Source: Marsupella aquatica (lineage: Eukaryota > Plantae > Marchantiophyta). From it: DNA of 64,000 bases. Of this stretch, positions 12,173 through 23,103 are shown in pieces. How positions within the stretch are numbered: position 1 is the first letter of the stretch; every line of letters starts with the position of its first letter. The DNA is taken from assembly GCA_973895155.1 (NCBI GenBank), contig OZ316893.1, forward strand, positions 18,478,757 to 18,542,756, given 5' to 3'. The notes under the pieces were generated by a model. That model was not told where the DNA came from, did not search any database, and saw nothing but the letters and a program-made list of their open reading frames with translations. The position numbers and the translations under genes are program-made.

Positions 12173-14008
12173 TCACTTGGCCCAGGCAACGGCATCGATC
12201 TCATCACGGGCAGTTTTGTACAGCTCCAACCTCTTTGCAATTGCGTGTCTGCGCTCCATTAGAGCTGGATCCTCATCAAGTAAGGCGGACAGCTGCTTGC
12301 CTTCTCGTTTCCCAACAAGAGTGTAGAAATGATCCAGCAATGCCCGCTTAGCCTCACGAACTTGACAATGAACTACAGCTTTAGGAATAGAATTCCGTAA
12401 CAGGTCGCGAACCATTCCGACGTAGGATGCTACATTCGATCCGATTCTTCGCAGATGGCCCTCCGTATACCGATCCATGGAAGATGCGCCAGCTGCATTC
12501 CCTCCTCCTTTCTCCACTTCTTGGGGAAGCTTCCTGAAAAACTCTACAGTTAGATAACTGGCCTCCATCTCCACCAATCTCAAAGCAGTCTTTTTGCTGT
12601 CATCTCTAAATTTTTCCAAAGACTCGATTGCTGCAGAGGAAAGCTCTCCCTGCAGAGTGGGAAATCTCTTCAGCTCCTGCGTTTCGCCGATTGATTTCCG
12701 AACAAGATCTCTCAAAATGAAGTGCACAGCATCAACTACAGCCTCAGCTGGGCCTCTAAAGTAGGTCAGCGAGCTCTCAATAAGTCGACGATATCCCTGC
12801 TCGGGAGCGATCAAATGAGGCTGGTATCCATCGGCCTCCGAAACGACCTTCCTAACATTTTGCATCGAGAGATGTTTATCAAATGGCAATCTCTTGAGAG
12901 CCGCCGGGAGTTGGTTGTCGAATACGCCGTAAATCCTCTCACCACCGGGTCGTCCGCCATCAAGATGATCTTTGAAGACGTGATCGAATGCCCTGCAAAG
13001 CTCCAACACCGTGTACAATTGAGCCCCACCATCCACTGCGATAGGGCGGCCAAGAACACTCATCTCGTTCTCAAGATCATCAATGCTTTTGTTTATCAGA
13101 GCCAGTATACTGGGTATGCGCTGCTTGATCACGGCTTCCAGGTGTCTGGAAAGAAGTTTGCCAAGATACTCGGATCCCATTCGACTGGTCAGGTGACCGT
13201 AATCAGGACTCGTGGAGAAATACTCGCGCTCTCGTCTCCTGGCTGCCATCATGTCTACATTCTTGTTGATATCCTGTTGCGAGCGGTTTACGACACCAAC
13301 CCAGCCCAACTGTAAGCGGTAGGCGCGTCCTTCGAGCACATCAATGGCATTGGTTCCCTTGTCCATTAGATCCAGCTTTGTTAGTACTCCGAAGGTTCGC
13401 TCACCCTGCGGATCCACCTCCCGAGCTAACTTTATCGCATCCGATGTGGCAATATCTTGGTTCGCCGGAGACACAGCCAAAATGATGGAGTTCGGCTTTT
13501 CGACGTAAGACCGCACCATGTTGTCAATGTCTGCGACAATGCTATCCGATTGCCCGTCAACCGCCACCTTCGTCAAACCCGGAAGATCAATGAGCGTCAA
13601 ATTCACCACATTCGGAGAGTAGACACTGAGATGAATCGGTACCGTCGAGATCATTTTCGTTCGCCCGGTGATTCGATCAGTCTCGTCTGAGATCTCCTTC
13701 CTTACTGCGGCGAAATCTGGAAACCTCTTCCTGGGAGCGTGCAGAAACTCTCCATACTCCTGAGTGCCCTCCTCCGTCTTGTGCAGCTGCAGCACCAGCG
13801 GGCGACGTGTAACAATGCCCGATCCCCGAGGCAGAAAGTCTCTCCCGACAATGCTCTCTAGAACTGACGACTTCCCCGAACTCTGCCCTCCCACCACAAC
13901 CACCGATGGCAGTGCTTCCCAAAGCCCCATCGCATTGTCGCCTCCATGATCTCCAAGAACTGTGCAGGCCCTCTGTATTCTATTAACCAGGCCTATCAGA
14001 CTGTCCAT
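12173..14008 (-). CDS. DRP1: Dynamin-related protein 1 (phragmoplastin family), 611 aa, intronless CDS
   Basis: GTPase motifs [18 protein letters not shown] and TKLD, middle domain, GED, and the typical [12 protein letters not shown] end. No PH or proline-rich domain. Uninterrupted ORF. Confidence 0.97.
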   Translation of the reverse strand: MDSLIGLVNRIQRACTVLGDHGGDNAMGLWEALPSVVVVGGQSSGKSSVLESIVGRDFLPRGSGIVTRRPLVLQLHKTEEGTQEYGEFLHAPRKRFPDFAAVRKEISDETDRITGRTKMISTVPIHLSVYSPNVVNLTLIDLPGLTKVAVDGQSDSIVADIDNMVRSYVEKPNSIILAVSPANQDIATSDAIKLAREVDPQGERTFGVLTKLDLMDKGTNAIDVLEGRAYRLQLGWVGVVNRSQQDINKNVDMMAARRREREYFSTSPDYGHLTSRMGSEYLGKLLSRHLEAVIKQRIPSILALINKSIDDLENEMSVLGRPIAVDGGAQLYTVLELCRAFDHVFKDHLDGGRPGGERIYGVFDNQLPAALKRLPFDKHLSMQNVRKVVSEADGYQPHLIAPEQGYRRLIESSLTYFRGPAEAVVDAVHFILRDLVRKSIGETQELKRFPTLQGELSSAAIESLEKFRDDSKKTALRLVEMEASYLTVEFFRKLPQEVEKGGGNAAGASSMDRYTEGHLRRIGSNVASYVGMVRDLLRNSIPKAVVHCQVREAKRALLDHFYTLVGKREGKQLSALLDEDPALMERRHAIAKRLELYKTARDEIDAVAWAK

Positions 14009-14101
14009 CTCGCCAACTAATCAAAACGACACGGCCTACGACTTTGTAAAGTTTCAGATCTGTTTTCCTTATGAATACACACCTTCTATAGACGTCACAC
14101 C

Positions 14102-14260
14102 TGCCTTTCTCTTCAAAATGTGGGAAATCACCACCTCTCCTCAAAGTCGATCAATGCCTTTCTCTTCAAAATGTGGGAAATCACCACCTCTCCTCAAAGT
14201 CGATCAATGCCTTTCTCTTCAAAATGTGGAAATCACCACCTCTGCTCAAAGTCGATCAAT
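14102..14260. repeat. 53-bp tandem repeat x3 upstream of the DRP1 start
   Basis: TGCCTTTCTCTTCAAAATGTGGGAAATCACCACCTCTCCTCAAAGTCGATCAA at 14102, 14155 and 14208. Confidence 0.9.
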
Positions 14261-15711
14261 CACGCAGCCCTCTCACCTTTACTTCCCCGTCGGTCGAACG
14301 CGAAGAATGGCACTAACAAGGCGTTTCTAGAGAGGAAAAGCTGCCGGTTTCTACTTCTTTATGCACTCGGCAAATTCTGCCTGTTGATGCAGACAGCAGT
14401 ACACACAAAGCTCCAGTTGGCTACAGTTGGAGTAATCTATCGGATCCGTTGATTGATCGTCCAAACTAAGTAGGTGGCCAAGCTCGGGCAGCTGCGATCC
14501 AATCAGGCGATTCTGCTCTATTATTATTACGCGAGAGGGCTTGCACACAAAATAAGTGTATGCGTAGCTGTGCTGGAATGCGGAGGAGTGGGGTCGGGGG
14601 GACAGGATGCTGCCCTGCGGAGAGAGTGCAACAAACGCGAGGGAGCCGGAGGCGGCCGGCACAAAGTCGTGGGCCAGGAAAATCTGGGGCCAAGGATTTC
14701 GGGGCCACGACCAGTGCAACTGGTCAGCCGTTCATCTTTCGATCTTGCTGTACGAGCGCAAAAGCTAGCATTTGAATTGGCCAAGAGCCACAACCGAACA
14801 GGAGTGGGAGGACCAGGCGATCTTAAGTATAGGGCTTGGTCTTGGGTTACTAGTAGTGGGACTACCAGGAGATCTTAAGTATAGGGTTTGGTCTTGGGTT
14901 ATTAGTCTGTAACCCTATGACCAGAAAGTGAGGAAATACTTACCAGCGGCAACAGGGCAGCAACAGGGAAGTTTCTGAACTTTGTGAGAACAGGTTTTAG
15001 ATAATAAATCCAGCCCAAGCCGTCATTATCATACGTAATACTTATCCAGAAAAAAGATTATTGGGAACATTTTCTGGGCAGAAGGAAATGGTGGCACCTA
15101 CCGTCTTCCCTTGAACACAACGCCCGGGTGCTATATTCGAATAGTGGGCCAAGGGGCGCTACATTCGAATACTGAGCCCAAGGCGTTGTGTTTGAGTTTT
15201 GAGACTTTGTTTATGATTTTTTATCATGTGGCAATGTGTTCGAATTGTGGCGTTGTGTTCGAATTGTGGCATTGTGTTCAAATTTTGGCATGTTATGAAT
15301 TTGAGGTATAAGTTGGAATATAGGATACAACTGATGTGTTAGAGATAGGTGTTAAATTGGGAATATGTAGCTAATTTAAACACTGAAATGCAACAAGTCA
15401 TGGGTAATCTAGAACAAATTAATTTGTAACACAAAATAAGACCTTACAAACCATGCAAAAATTTACCAAGTCAACATTATCACTTGGTAAACATATAATT
15501 ATGTGAAACATATTTAATTATGACATATTTGTAGTTTGCTCCAAAAGGTCACTATTGTGAACAACATAATTTAGAACATAAACACAAGTGTTCCATTGCC
15601 TCAAAAGAGAAACACTTTTGTCAGGAAGCATCATGAACACACAAAATGAAGTCAGAATGCTTGGACAAGTTCACCTTGTGTATTTATGAGAGTTACAGAG
15701 TTTTACTCTCT

Positions 15712-15867
15712 GTCGTGACATATAGAGTCGGTAGCATAAGATATTGAGACATGTATCATATGCATCCAAGTAACCCAACAAAATAGAAAACCAGAAAGAT
15801 GATACATGGTTGTCCATTAACACCAAGATGAAGAAATGTTGGGGCATGAAAGTGAACCCCTGTATCG
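15712..15867 (-). repeat. Probable Gypsy LTR fragment (second copy at ~37895-38049)
   Basis: ~155 bp near-identical to 37895-38049, where the copy follows a poly-G PPT downstream of a Gypsy integrase fragment. Confidence 0.55.
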
Positions 15868-16473
15868 TAATACGTATGTAGCATGTAGAGTGAGTAGTAC
15901 ATAAGAAAACCAGCAGCATGCCATGATGTGCTGGGAGCATCTAAAGAATCATAGCCAATCCTCAAATGTGTGGAGGTGCCATGGAGTGTGCTACCATAGC
16001 CAAGTGTTTGCAATGCTAAAGCTAAGACTCAAGAAGAACTGAAGTGAATGTGCAATGAGCAATCTAAGTATGTTGGCTCTAGAGTGCTCCTAACAACGAC
16101 TATTTGCTTCAAGAACAACCAGGGTTTGCTACAAGAACATTGCCCAAAGTGCTACTAAGAGGATAATGCTTGCTTAGAGAACACCAAGCATATCTATTAT
16201 AGCTTGCCTATATGGCCTCTAAATGATGAACCTAAACTACCATAATATCCTAGCGGGCGTGCACAGGGCATGGTGATGGGCGATGATAACCATGCACTCT
16301 CGCACGACATCTCATTGAAAGAACCAGTCCTAACATCAATCTCATAACTCTCATAGTGACACAAGGAACACATGCCCAAGACGGTTGTCACCCAACAAGG
16401 ATGATGTGCATACACTACATCAATCCTTCATTCAGCTGAACACAAAAGTAATTCCTTGTTTGTGCTAAATGAA

Positions 16474-16998
16474 CTAATTCCTTGTTTGTGCTAAATGAAC
16501 TCGCTTGACAGGATCCTCTACCTTGTAGACAAATTTTTGGATGAACTTGTTGTCAAGGTTCACTTCCGTGAGCTCAATCTCCCACTCCTCCAAGTTTGAA
16601 GTTGCAAACACTGTCAAGGTACCTACGACCACTTCTCCACTTACCATGTCAGCTGTAGCGTCATCATAAAAAATGTCATCAAGATCAGGACACATTGACA
16701 TGTGCACCACCAGCTTTATGACATAGGTGTCAAGGTATTTGTCCACATCACTTCCATGTATACCCTTGCAACGAAGAAGGCATCTGAACAAAGAGTAATC
16801 CATCTCAAGACAAAACCATGTGGGCGGCTTGACTACGAGAGTGGGACGCAATTCTTCACTCTCATGAAGTACATGCCCATATTGTTCATTCCATTCAACC
16901 AAGTCCAAGTCTATTGCATACAAAGCTCTTAGTGGTGGATGTAAGTTTTCCACTGCAAATTGTGAGTTGGGCACCAAGCCACAAACCTGACAATACAA
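16474..16998 (-). CDS. Hypothetical 174-aa ORF or exon
   Basis: Open frame with protein-like composition; no motif recognised. Confidence 0.25.
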   Translation of the reverse strand: MYCQVCGLVPNSQFAVENLHPPLRALYAIDLDLVEWNEQYGHVLHESEELRPTLVVKPPTWFCLEMDYSLFRCLLRCKGIHGSDVDKYLDTYVIKLVVHMSMCPDLDDIFYDDATADMVSGEVVVGTLTVFATSNLEEWEIELTEVNLDNKFIQKFVYKVEDPVKRVHLAQTRN

Positions 16999-17069
16999 GA
17001 AGCATCAACTTAATTAGGATTCACCAGAAAATATTTGCCAAATGCCACATAAAATGTTTGCACAGACAT

Positions 17070-18830
17070 AAAAAAGTCAAAACTTCTCCACCTTACCCTA
17101 AATGCATTTACCATGTCCTGTTTTTGACAATGAGGTATTTAGAAATGAGAGGAAACAACAAACAGTAACAGGAAACTGGTAATGAGAAATAGAAACTCGT
17201 AACAGGAAAATGGGTGGAAACTTTTTTTGATTTTTGTTTGAATTTTTTTTGGATTTTTTTTGTTTGAATTGTTTTTTTGAGAAGAAAAAGTTTTTTTTCG
17301 TAACCAACTTTTTTTGCTAGCGCCCGGTGCTGGTAATAGTAGCGCCCAAAGCTAGTCAAAAAATGTTGTATTGTTAATTTTGTTTGAAAATAAGATTTTT
17401 TAGGAGACAATTTAAATTGTCATTTTTCCTGGTACAGTGATTTTTTGTTGGTAACAGCATATTAAAAACAAGAAACAAATTTTGTATTTATCTATTTCCT
17501 GTCTCCGTCGCTATACCCTTGACAATTTCCAATCCAAGAAAGTGCCCATTTTGCCACCATTCTGGCAGCCAAAACTTTAGGGTTTCCTACAGTTGTCTGC
17601 AAATTTGGATTAATTAAGACATCTACAATGTAAATGTCATATTGTGTTGTATAATCTCCCTGATAGCTCCGGTTCACTGCAACATCAAGAGGCTGCAAGA
17701 GGGAGGTCAAATTTTCTGACACAATCCCCACAAACACATTGTAGTCCTCTAGTACCTTTGCATGTGCCTTGGGCCACTTCAGGTGGGGACCATATGCGTC
17801 AGTGATGTACAAAGTGGGCTCTCAGTAGAATTGGGTCTCACCCAACTTCATCACTGTTTCATTGAAGTGTTCCTAACATATCCGTTCATTCCACATACCT
17901 GCATAGTATAAAACCCACGGTCAATAATTAGAAAAGAGTTTGTTTACTGGCAACCCTCAAAAAGTCATGATAAACTACAAAAGAAAAGCTTTGCAAGATA
18001 AAAGATATAGAAAAAAATATATCTGTTGGTTAACATTGACAAACACGCCCAACGGGACTTCAGGTTTATTTTTCCTCTTTGAGATGAGGATGTGTGGTTT
18101 CAAATGTTTGCCTTCTCCTGTGATGGAAAAAGCTATGGTGAATCGTTTATGGCTGGTACCACCCTTTGTCATCATCACCATCCAAATGCCTTGGGTAGCA
18201 ATAGTGGACTTTGGCTAAGTCTCATAGTACCGTGGATGTTGATAATGTTTTTGGGCTTAATTTTGTTAGTGTCAATCAATTCTTGGCACTCTTGAATGAA
18301 TGCTTGACACAAGTCAACAACATTCTCTGGTAGCTTGTGATCTGTTGTGTGTCTCCTTGACACCAGGTTGTGTCACTTCTTGAACCTATCCAACCAACCT
18401 GTTGACGCTTTAAATGTTGCAAGCTCCTCATTTTCTGCGTTGGCTGCCATCCTCTCTACAATCTTGAAGGCCATCTTGGAGATGTACAAATCCTTCACCC
18501 TCAATCCCTTCTCATTCCGGGCCAGGATCCAACTGTGGAGCTCCTCCTCCACTCTGGGCAGCAATGGCCTCTGTCCACCTCCCCTTAACTAGCATGATTT
18601 TTGGGTTAAGATCTTATTGTCTGTAAGAGAGGCTTGCAACTCTGCCCTCTTCTCATACCACCCTCTTCAAGCAGATCGGGGCACTCCAATTTTTTTACCG
18701 AGTGTATTCCCGAATCACGTCCAACTTGAACTTAAGAGAGTAAGTCCGTCGCTTCTCATTTGCTGTCCCACGGGGATGTCTCGCCATAGCTCTATCACTC
18801 TACTTATTGCAAAGGAAAAATACCGTTCAT
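17070..18830 (-). pseudogene. pogo/Tigger-like transposase remnant (CENP-B-type HTH + DDE_1)
   Basis: VEEELHSWI...FKASTGWLDRFKK, KRFTIAFSITGEGKHLKP, YITDAYGPH and LTSLLQPLDVAVNRSY. Contains stops, frameshifts, a probable intron and a MITE insertion. Confidence 0.85.
17132..17518. mobile_element. MITE (MULE-like termini) inserted in the pogo remnant
   Basis: 8-bp TSD TTGACAAT (17124-17131, 17519-17526); termini GAGGTAT.../...ATACCC; two TAGCGCC-type palindromes (17318, 17340). Removing it restores the pogo frame LSWIGNCQKQDMVNAF. Confidence 0.75.
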
Positions 18831-19114
18831 AACTGGCAGGGGTGACAACCTCCTGCACATGCACAACACTTTTAACCCTTCCTACATACAAGGGTTAAAT
18901 TGACAAAGGCATGAAATTAAAGCTAAGGAGGGCATGGTCAGCCGTGCTTGTGAGATTTATGGCAAAGCTATAAGTGTACATTCGACTACCATCTGACCTT
19001 CATAAGAATTCATGGAGTCCCCAGTTTGGAGTATCCCATCTAAGGATTTGACCTAAGGATGTCAATCGTGGACAATACATTGTCACTATCTTTGCTTCAA
19101 CTTTGTAGCGCTTG

Positions 19115-19545
19115 AACCAATCAACTATTGCTCCATCAACTACTGACTATCAACTCTCCCACTCAAATATCAAGTATCAAGTATCAACCATCAACTGTCC
19201 CACTCAACGACTATCAACTATTGACTATCAAATGTCAGTCTCCCACTCAACTATCAACTATTGATTGGCGACTATCGATTGGCAACTCCCAATTCGCGAC
19301 TATCAACGTCTATCAATTTTTGACTATCCCATGCACTCAACTATCGACCATGAAGACAATGTGGAAAAGTGGCAGAGTCAACTATCGATTGGCGACTATC
19401 AATTGGCGACTATCAATTGGCAACTATCAATTGGTGACTATCGATTGGTGACTATCGATTGGCAACTTCAACATCTATCAATTTTTGACTATCCCATGCA
19501 CTCAACTATCAACCATGAAGACAGTGTGGAAAAGTGGCAGTCGGC
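19115..19545. repeat. Degenerate 7/14-bp array (CAACTAT / CTATCGATTGGCGA) with a ~70-bp duplication
   Basis: Repeated caactatc and gattggcgac units; the block at ~19309-19379 recurs at ~19474-19541. Confidence 0.75.
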
Positions 19546-19644
19546 GATTTCAATTTTCCCACAAATGAGTATCCAGAATTTGATAGACCAGGACTGTAAG
19601 TGTGTACATAGAGGCCAGATAGGATAGAACAATTTGCACAAGGT

Positions 19645-20016
19645 ATGGTAATGGTAATGGTAATGTATTATAAGCTCTGGGACCATGAAAGTCAAAGGAG
19701 CTGCCACAAAAAGTAAAGTACAATGCAATCAAAGAAAAGAGCAACCAAAAGAGATTGCTCAGAAGAGGACAACTATGTCCTCAAAGAAACTATGGACCTA
19801 GAGAGCCCTGAAAGATTTTCCAAACCTATTCTCCTTTCCCTATCCACCGCAAAGATATATCTTCCAAGTTGCTGAGGGGGCAGACCAAACAATGCATACA
19901 AATCTTTCACCAAGATTTGAGATGCCATCCTAACCCCCTCATAAAACTTGCAAGCAATGAATACATGATATTCATTCTCTATACTAGAGCTATCACATAG
20001 TTGACAAACCCTCTTT
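19645..20016 (-). mobile_element. RTEX family A 3' fragment
   Basis: Tail, 3' UTR and ORF2 end are near-identical to the other A copies. Confidence 0.92.
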
Positions 20017-20874
20017 CACTCTTGATATTCTGAGCCAGGAAGGCAGTCAATGAGGAGCTGACGACAATGAATGATAAGCAATGTTTCTACGTGCCTTCGA
20101 TCCTTGATGCAACAAAGCAGTCACAGAGCCGTTAGTCTCAATCAAGTAACCTGGACATCAGTGAGCTCATGATTGACAGGTTTTGTTTGACTGAAGTTTC
20201 TAATCAGATTTTTGGTGAAAGTGAGAATATTTGTTCATGCAAAAAGGAGACATTGTATTTCTCAAGCTACAGTGATGATTAAAGAAGCGTGGAACAATGG
20301 GGTAACCCAATCAATGTCAATTCAATGTCAACTTCGTCACTTACCCCTCTCATCGCAGCTCTTTGGTTTGCCTTCTATCCATAGCCAAAGACTCCCGAGT
20401 TCCCGATGTTTACTCCAGCCACCCTCTTGATTTTGTGATGGAGTAAGAATGGTGGTATGTTTTGTCTGTTTTCATAGTTTGTCTCTTTTGGACCAAATTG
20501 CATATTTGTACCGTAATTCAATCACAACGCCCCTTCTCAAAGTGGCAGGAGCATCCTTCTCAAGTGGCGGGGGCAACTGTGCAAGGTGCCTCATTGTTCA
20601 TTTCTCAATTTGTAATTCTTGTTTGCTGGTGGCGATGACAAAGAAGTTCTTCGCACAAATTGATGTGTTGGCAGGGATGGAGTCTGCGGCAAACATAGCT
20701 TAGTCATTGGTTGCAGACATTGAGTGTATTTATGAGATTGAGATTGAGGCAAATAGTAAACTGGAGCCGAATGGTGAGATGGAGGCAAATTTCACTCAAC
20801 TAGAGCCAAATGTTGATCCTGACATCCAAGCTGAGATGGATGCACTTCCTTGTGCATTTGAGGAGACAAGAGAC

Positions 20875-21295
20875 ACATTCGAGGGCATGTATCACTAATG
20901 ATTCCTGACAAATTTAGCCCAAGCCGATTTGATTTATTGAAGCAAAGATTTGTCCAGTGCGGAGGTTCGATTTGTTACCGGTTTAGCTCAATGATGACGC
21001 ATGTGATTGCCAAGATTGGCAAACTATTTTGGCAAAGTATGAATGGGGGACTATGGACTATTACTATTGGAGTGGGAGAGTGAAGTTCGTGAGCTTTGAT
21101 TGGGTTAGTGCATGTCTCCGTGTGAGGAAGACAGTACCCATAGAAGATTTTGATTTGTATCTTTTGGATAACCTCACGGAGTTCTCTCCATCACCACAGC
21201 CAGCCAAGAAAGCCAGGAGAGTCAAAGTCCTATTGCCAAAAGGAAAGACTGTCACAAATTTGGTGAACTACTTTGCAGAAGATAAGATAGAATAA
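20875..21295 (+). pseudogene. BRCT-domain gene remnant (Pol X/Pol lambda-type BRCT pattern)
   Basis: Across two frameshifts: FEGMY..MIPDKFSPSRFDLLKQRFVQCGGSICYRFSSMMTHVIAK/DWQTILAK...VKFVSFDWVSACLRVRKTVPIEDF. This shows the BRCT hallmarks F-x-G, GG, THVI and W-x3-C. Confidence 0.6.
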
Positions 21296-21760
21296 GAGTT
21301 TAGATTGAGGATCAGTTTTTGATTTATGCCATAGTGCGATTGCACATGGATGTAATGATTTGCGCAAGTATATAAAGTTTCCAAGTGCCATTCATTTTAA
21401 TTGAGAATATCTGGCCATATTGTTGTTGGCAACATTGCTACAAAAGCTACGAGGGCTGTAGAGAGCTTTCTTTCAATTGCTTCTGCTTGCTTTCACAGTG
21501 CCGTCATTGTCGAGAGCTTTTTGTTTGCTTTCACAATGCCCTCACTCCAACATAGTGTGAAATTCAAACATGGGGACACAAAAGTAGACCCTCACTTGAA
21601 CATACTGCCCAACTTCAACAACAACATCCCCAAACACAACGCCAACTTTGAACAGCCCAGGCATTGTGTAAAAGTGATGTTGTGTTCATTTGCCACACGT
21701 AACCAACATAAGGCCAAGAAGTCTGAGCCAGAGGTGAGCAACACCTTCTTGTACGGGCCA

Positions 21761-22068
21761 GATGGCATCTCAAATCTTGGTGAAAGATTTGTATGCATTG
21801 TTTGGTCTGCCCCCTCAGCAACTTGGAAGATATATCTTTGCGGTGGATAGGGAAAGGAGAATAGGTTTGGAAAATCTTTCAGGGCTCTCTAGGTCCATAG
21901 GGCTCTCTAGGTCCATAGTTTCTTTGAGGACATAGTTGTCCTCTTCTGAGCAATCTCTTTTGGTTGCTCTTTTCTTTGATTGCATTGTACTTTACTTTTT
22001 GTGGCAGCTCCTTTGACTTTCATGGTCCCGGAGCTTATAATACATTACCATTACCATTACCATTACCA
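21761..22068 (+). mobile_element. RTEX family A 3' fragment (the only plus-strand tail)
   Basis: ORF2 end with an 18-nt duplication, 3' UTR and (TTACCA)4 tail. Confidence 0.92.
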
Positions 22069-23103
22069 CTTTGCACATGGCGTAGATCGATGGATCTTTT
22101 ATTGTCATTGTCATCTCATCGATCCTACTTTGCACAATCCTGTCAGGGATCGCATATCTTGGCTTTCAAGCTGAACTATATGTATGCACAATGTCCCTAA
22201 TGTGGATGTACTGTTTGGAGATTGCAGAGAGATCAGTTTTGATCAGAAGGATCACGGGGACATTAGGCAACAATTATCTTGTGCTTTCATGTGACTGGGT
22301 ATGCATGCTCTAAAAACTTTCCTTAAGCCTTCAAAGATCTCTTAAGATTGAGCAATCATTTTGAGAATTAAAGACTTCCATGACACTGCTCAAAATAAAA
22401 TGATAGACTTATTATTATGAGCATATAGAGTAGAAGACTTTTTTTAATTTATGACAAATCCATGATTTGATCCATGATTTGGATGAACTTCTTAATTTTG
22501 ATTGCATGGACCCTTGTTTTGAATTTATTGTATAGATGTGGCATTGAGCACAAAGCAATTACACTTGTTTTCATCTTCAGTATTTCCTATATTGCATATT
22601 CAAGCTATGAGGTTCATCCTTGTAGGTGCCTAGCCTTGTTTGTGCGTTTGTCACAATTGCGTCCTTTTTGGAATTGGAGCACATCCCTAGAGGACTGGAC
22701 CCTATTGGAGCAACTGAAAAAGGGAAAGAGTTTAGGAGCCCTTCGACTGTCAGGTGAACACATTCATCTAGTAATCTACTCGGATCAGGTAGGGTGTATG
22801 TACATGGCCCGTGGGAAACGTAGACCACCCCCTATGTTTGTTGGAATCAATGCCATTTGTTGCTCCATCTCCTCATGGAACTTCTTGACAAAGAACAAAG
22901 CCCACTTCCTAGGCCGGTATTTCTTGACCTGGATTACCTGGGCAGCGGATATCTTGAGCCCTGTGGCTCCATCATGTGGTAATGGTAATGGTAATGTATT
23001 ATAAGCTCCGGGACCATGAAAGTCAAAGGAGCTGCCACAAAAAGTAAAATACAATGCAATCAAAGAAAAGAGCAACCAAAAGAGATTGCTCAGAAGAGGA
23101 CAA

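Noticed and set aside
12722-13949. Plus-strand ORFs overlapping DRP1
   Set aside because: Antisense shadows of a codon-biased gene.
21964-22200. Recurrent MLFSLIALYFTFCGSS..LPLPLP ORFs that look like signal peptides
   Set aside because: Translation of the LINE 3' UTR and tail running into unrelated flanks; TTG start.
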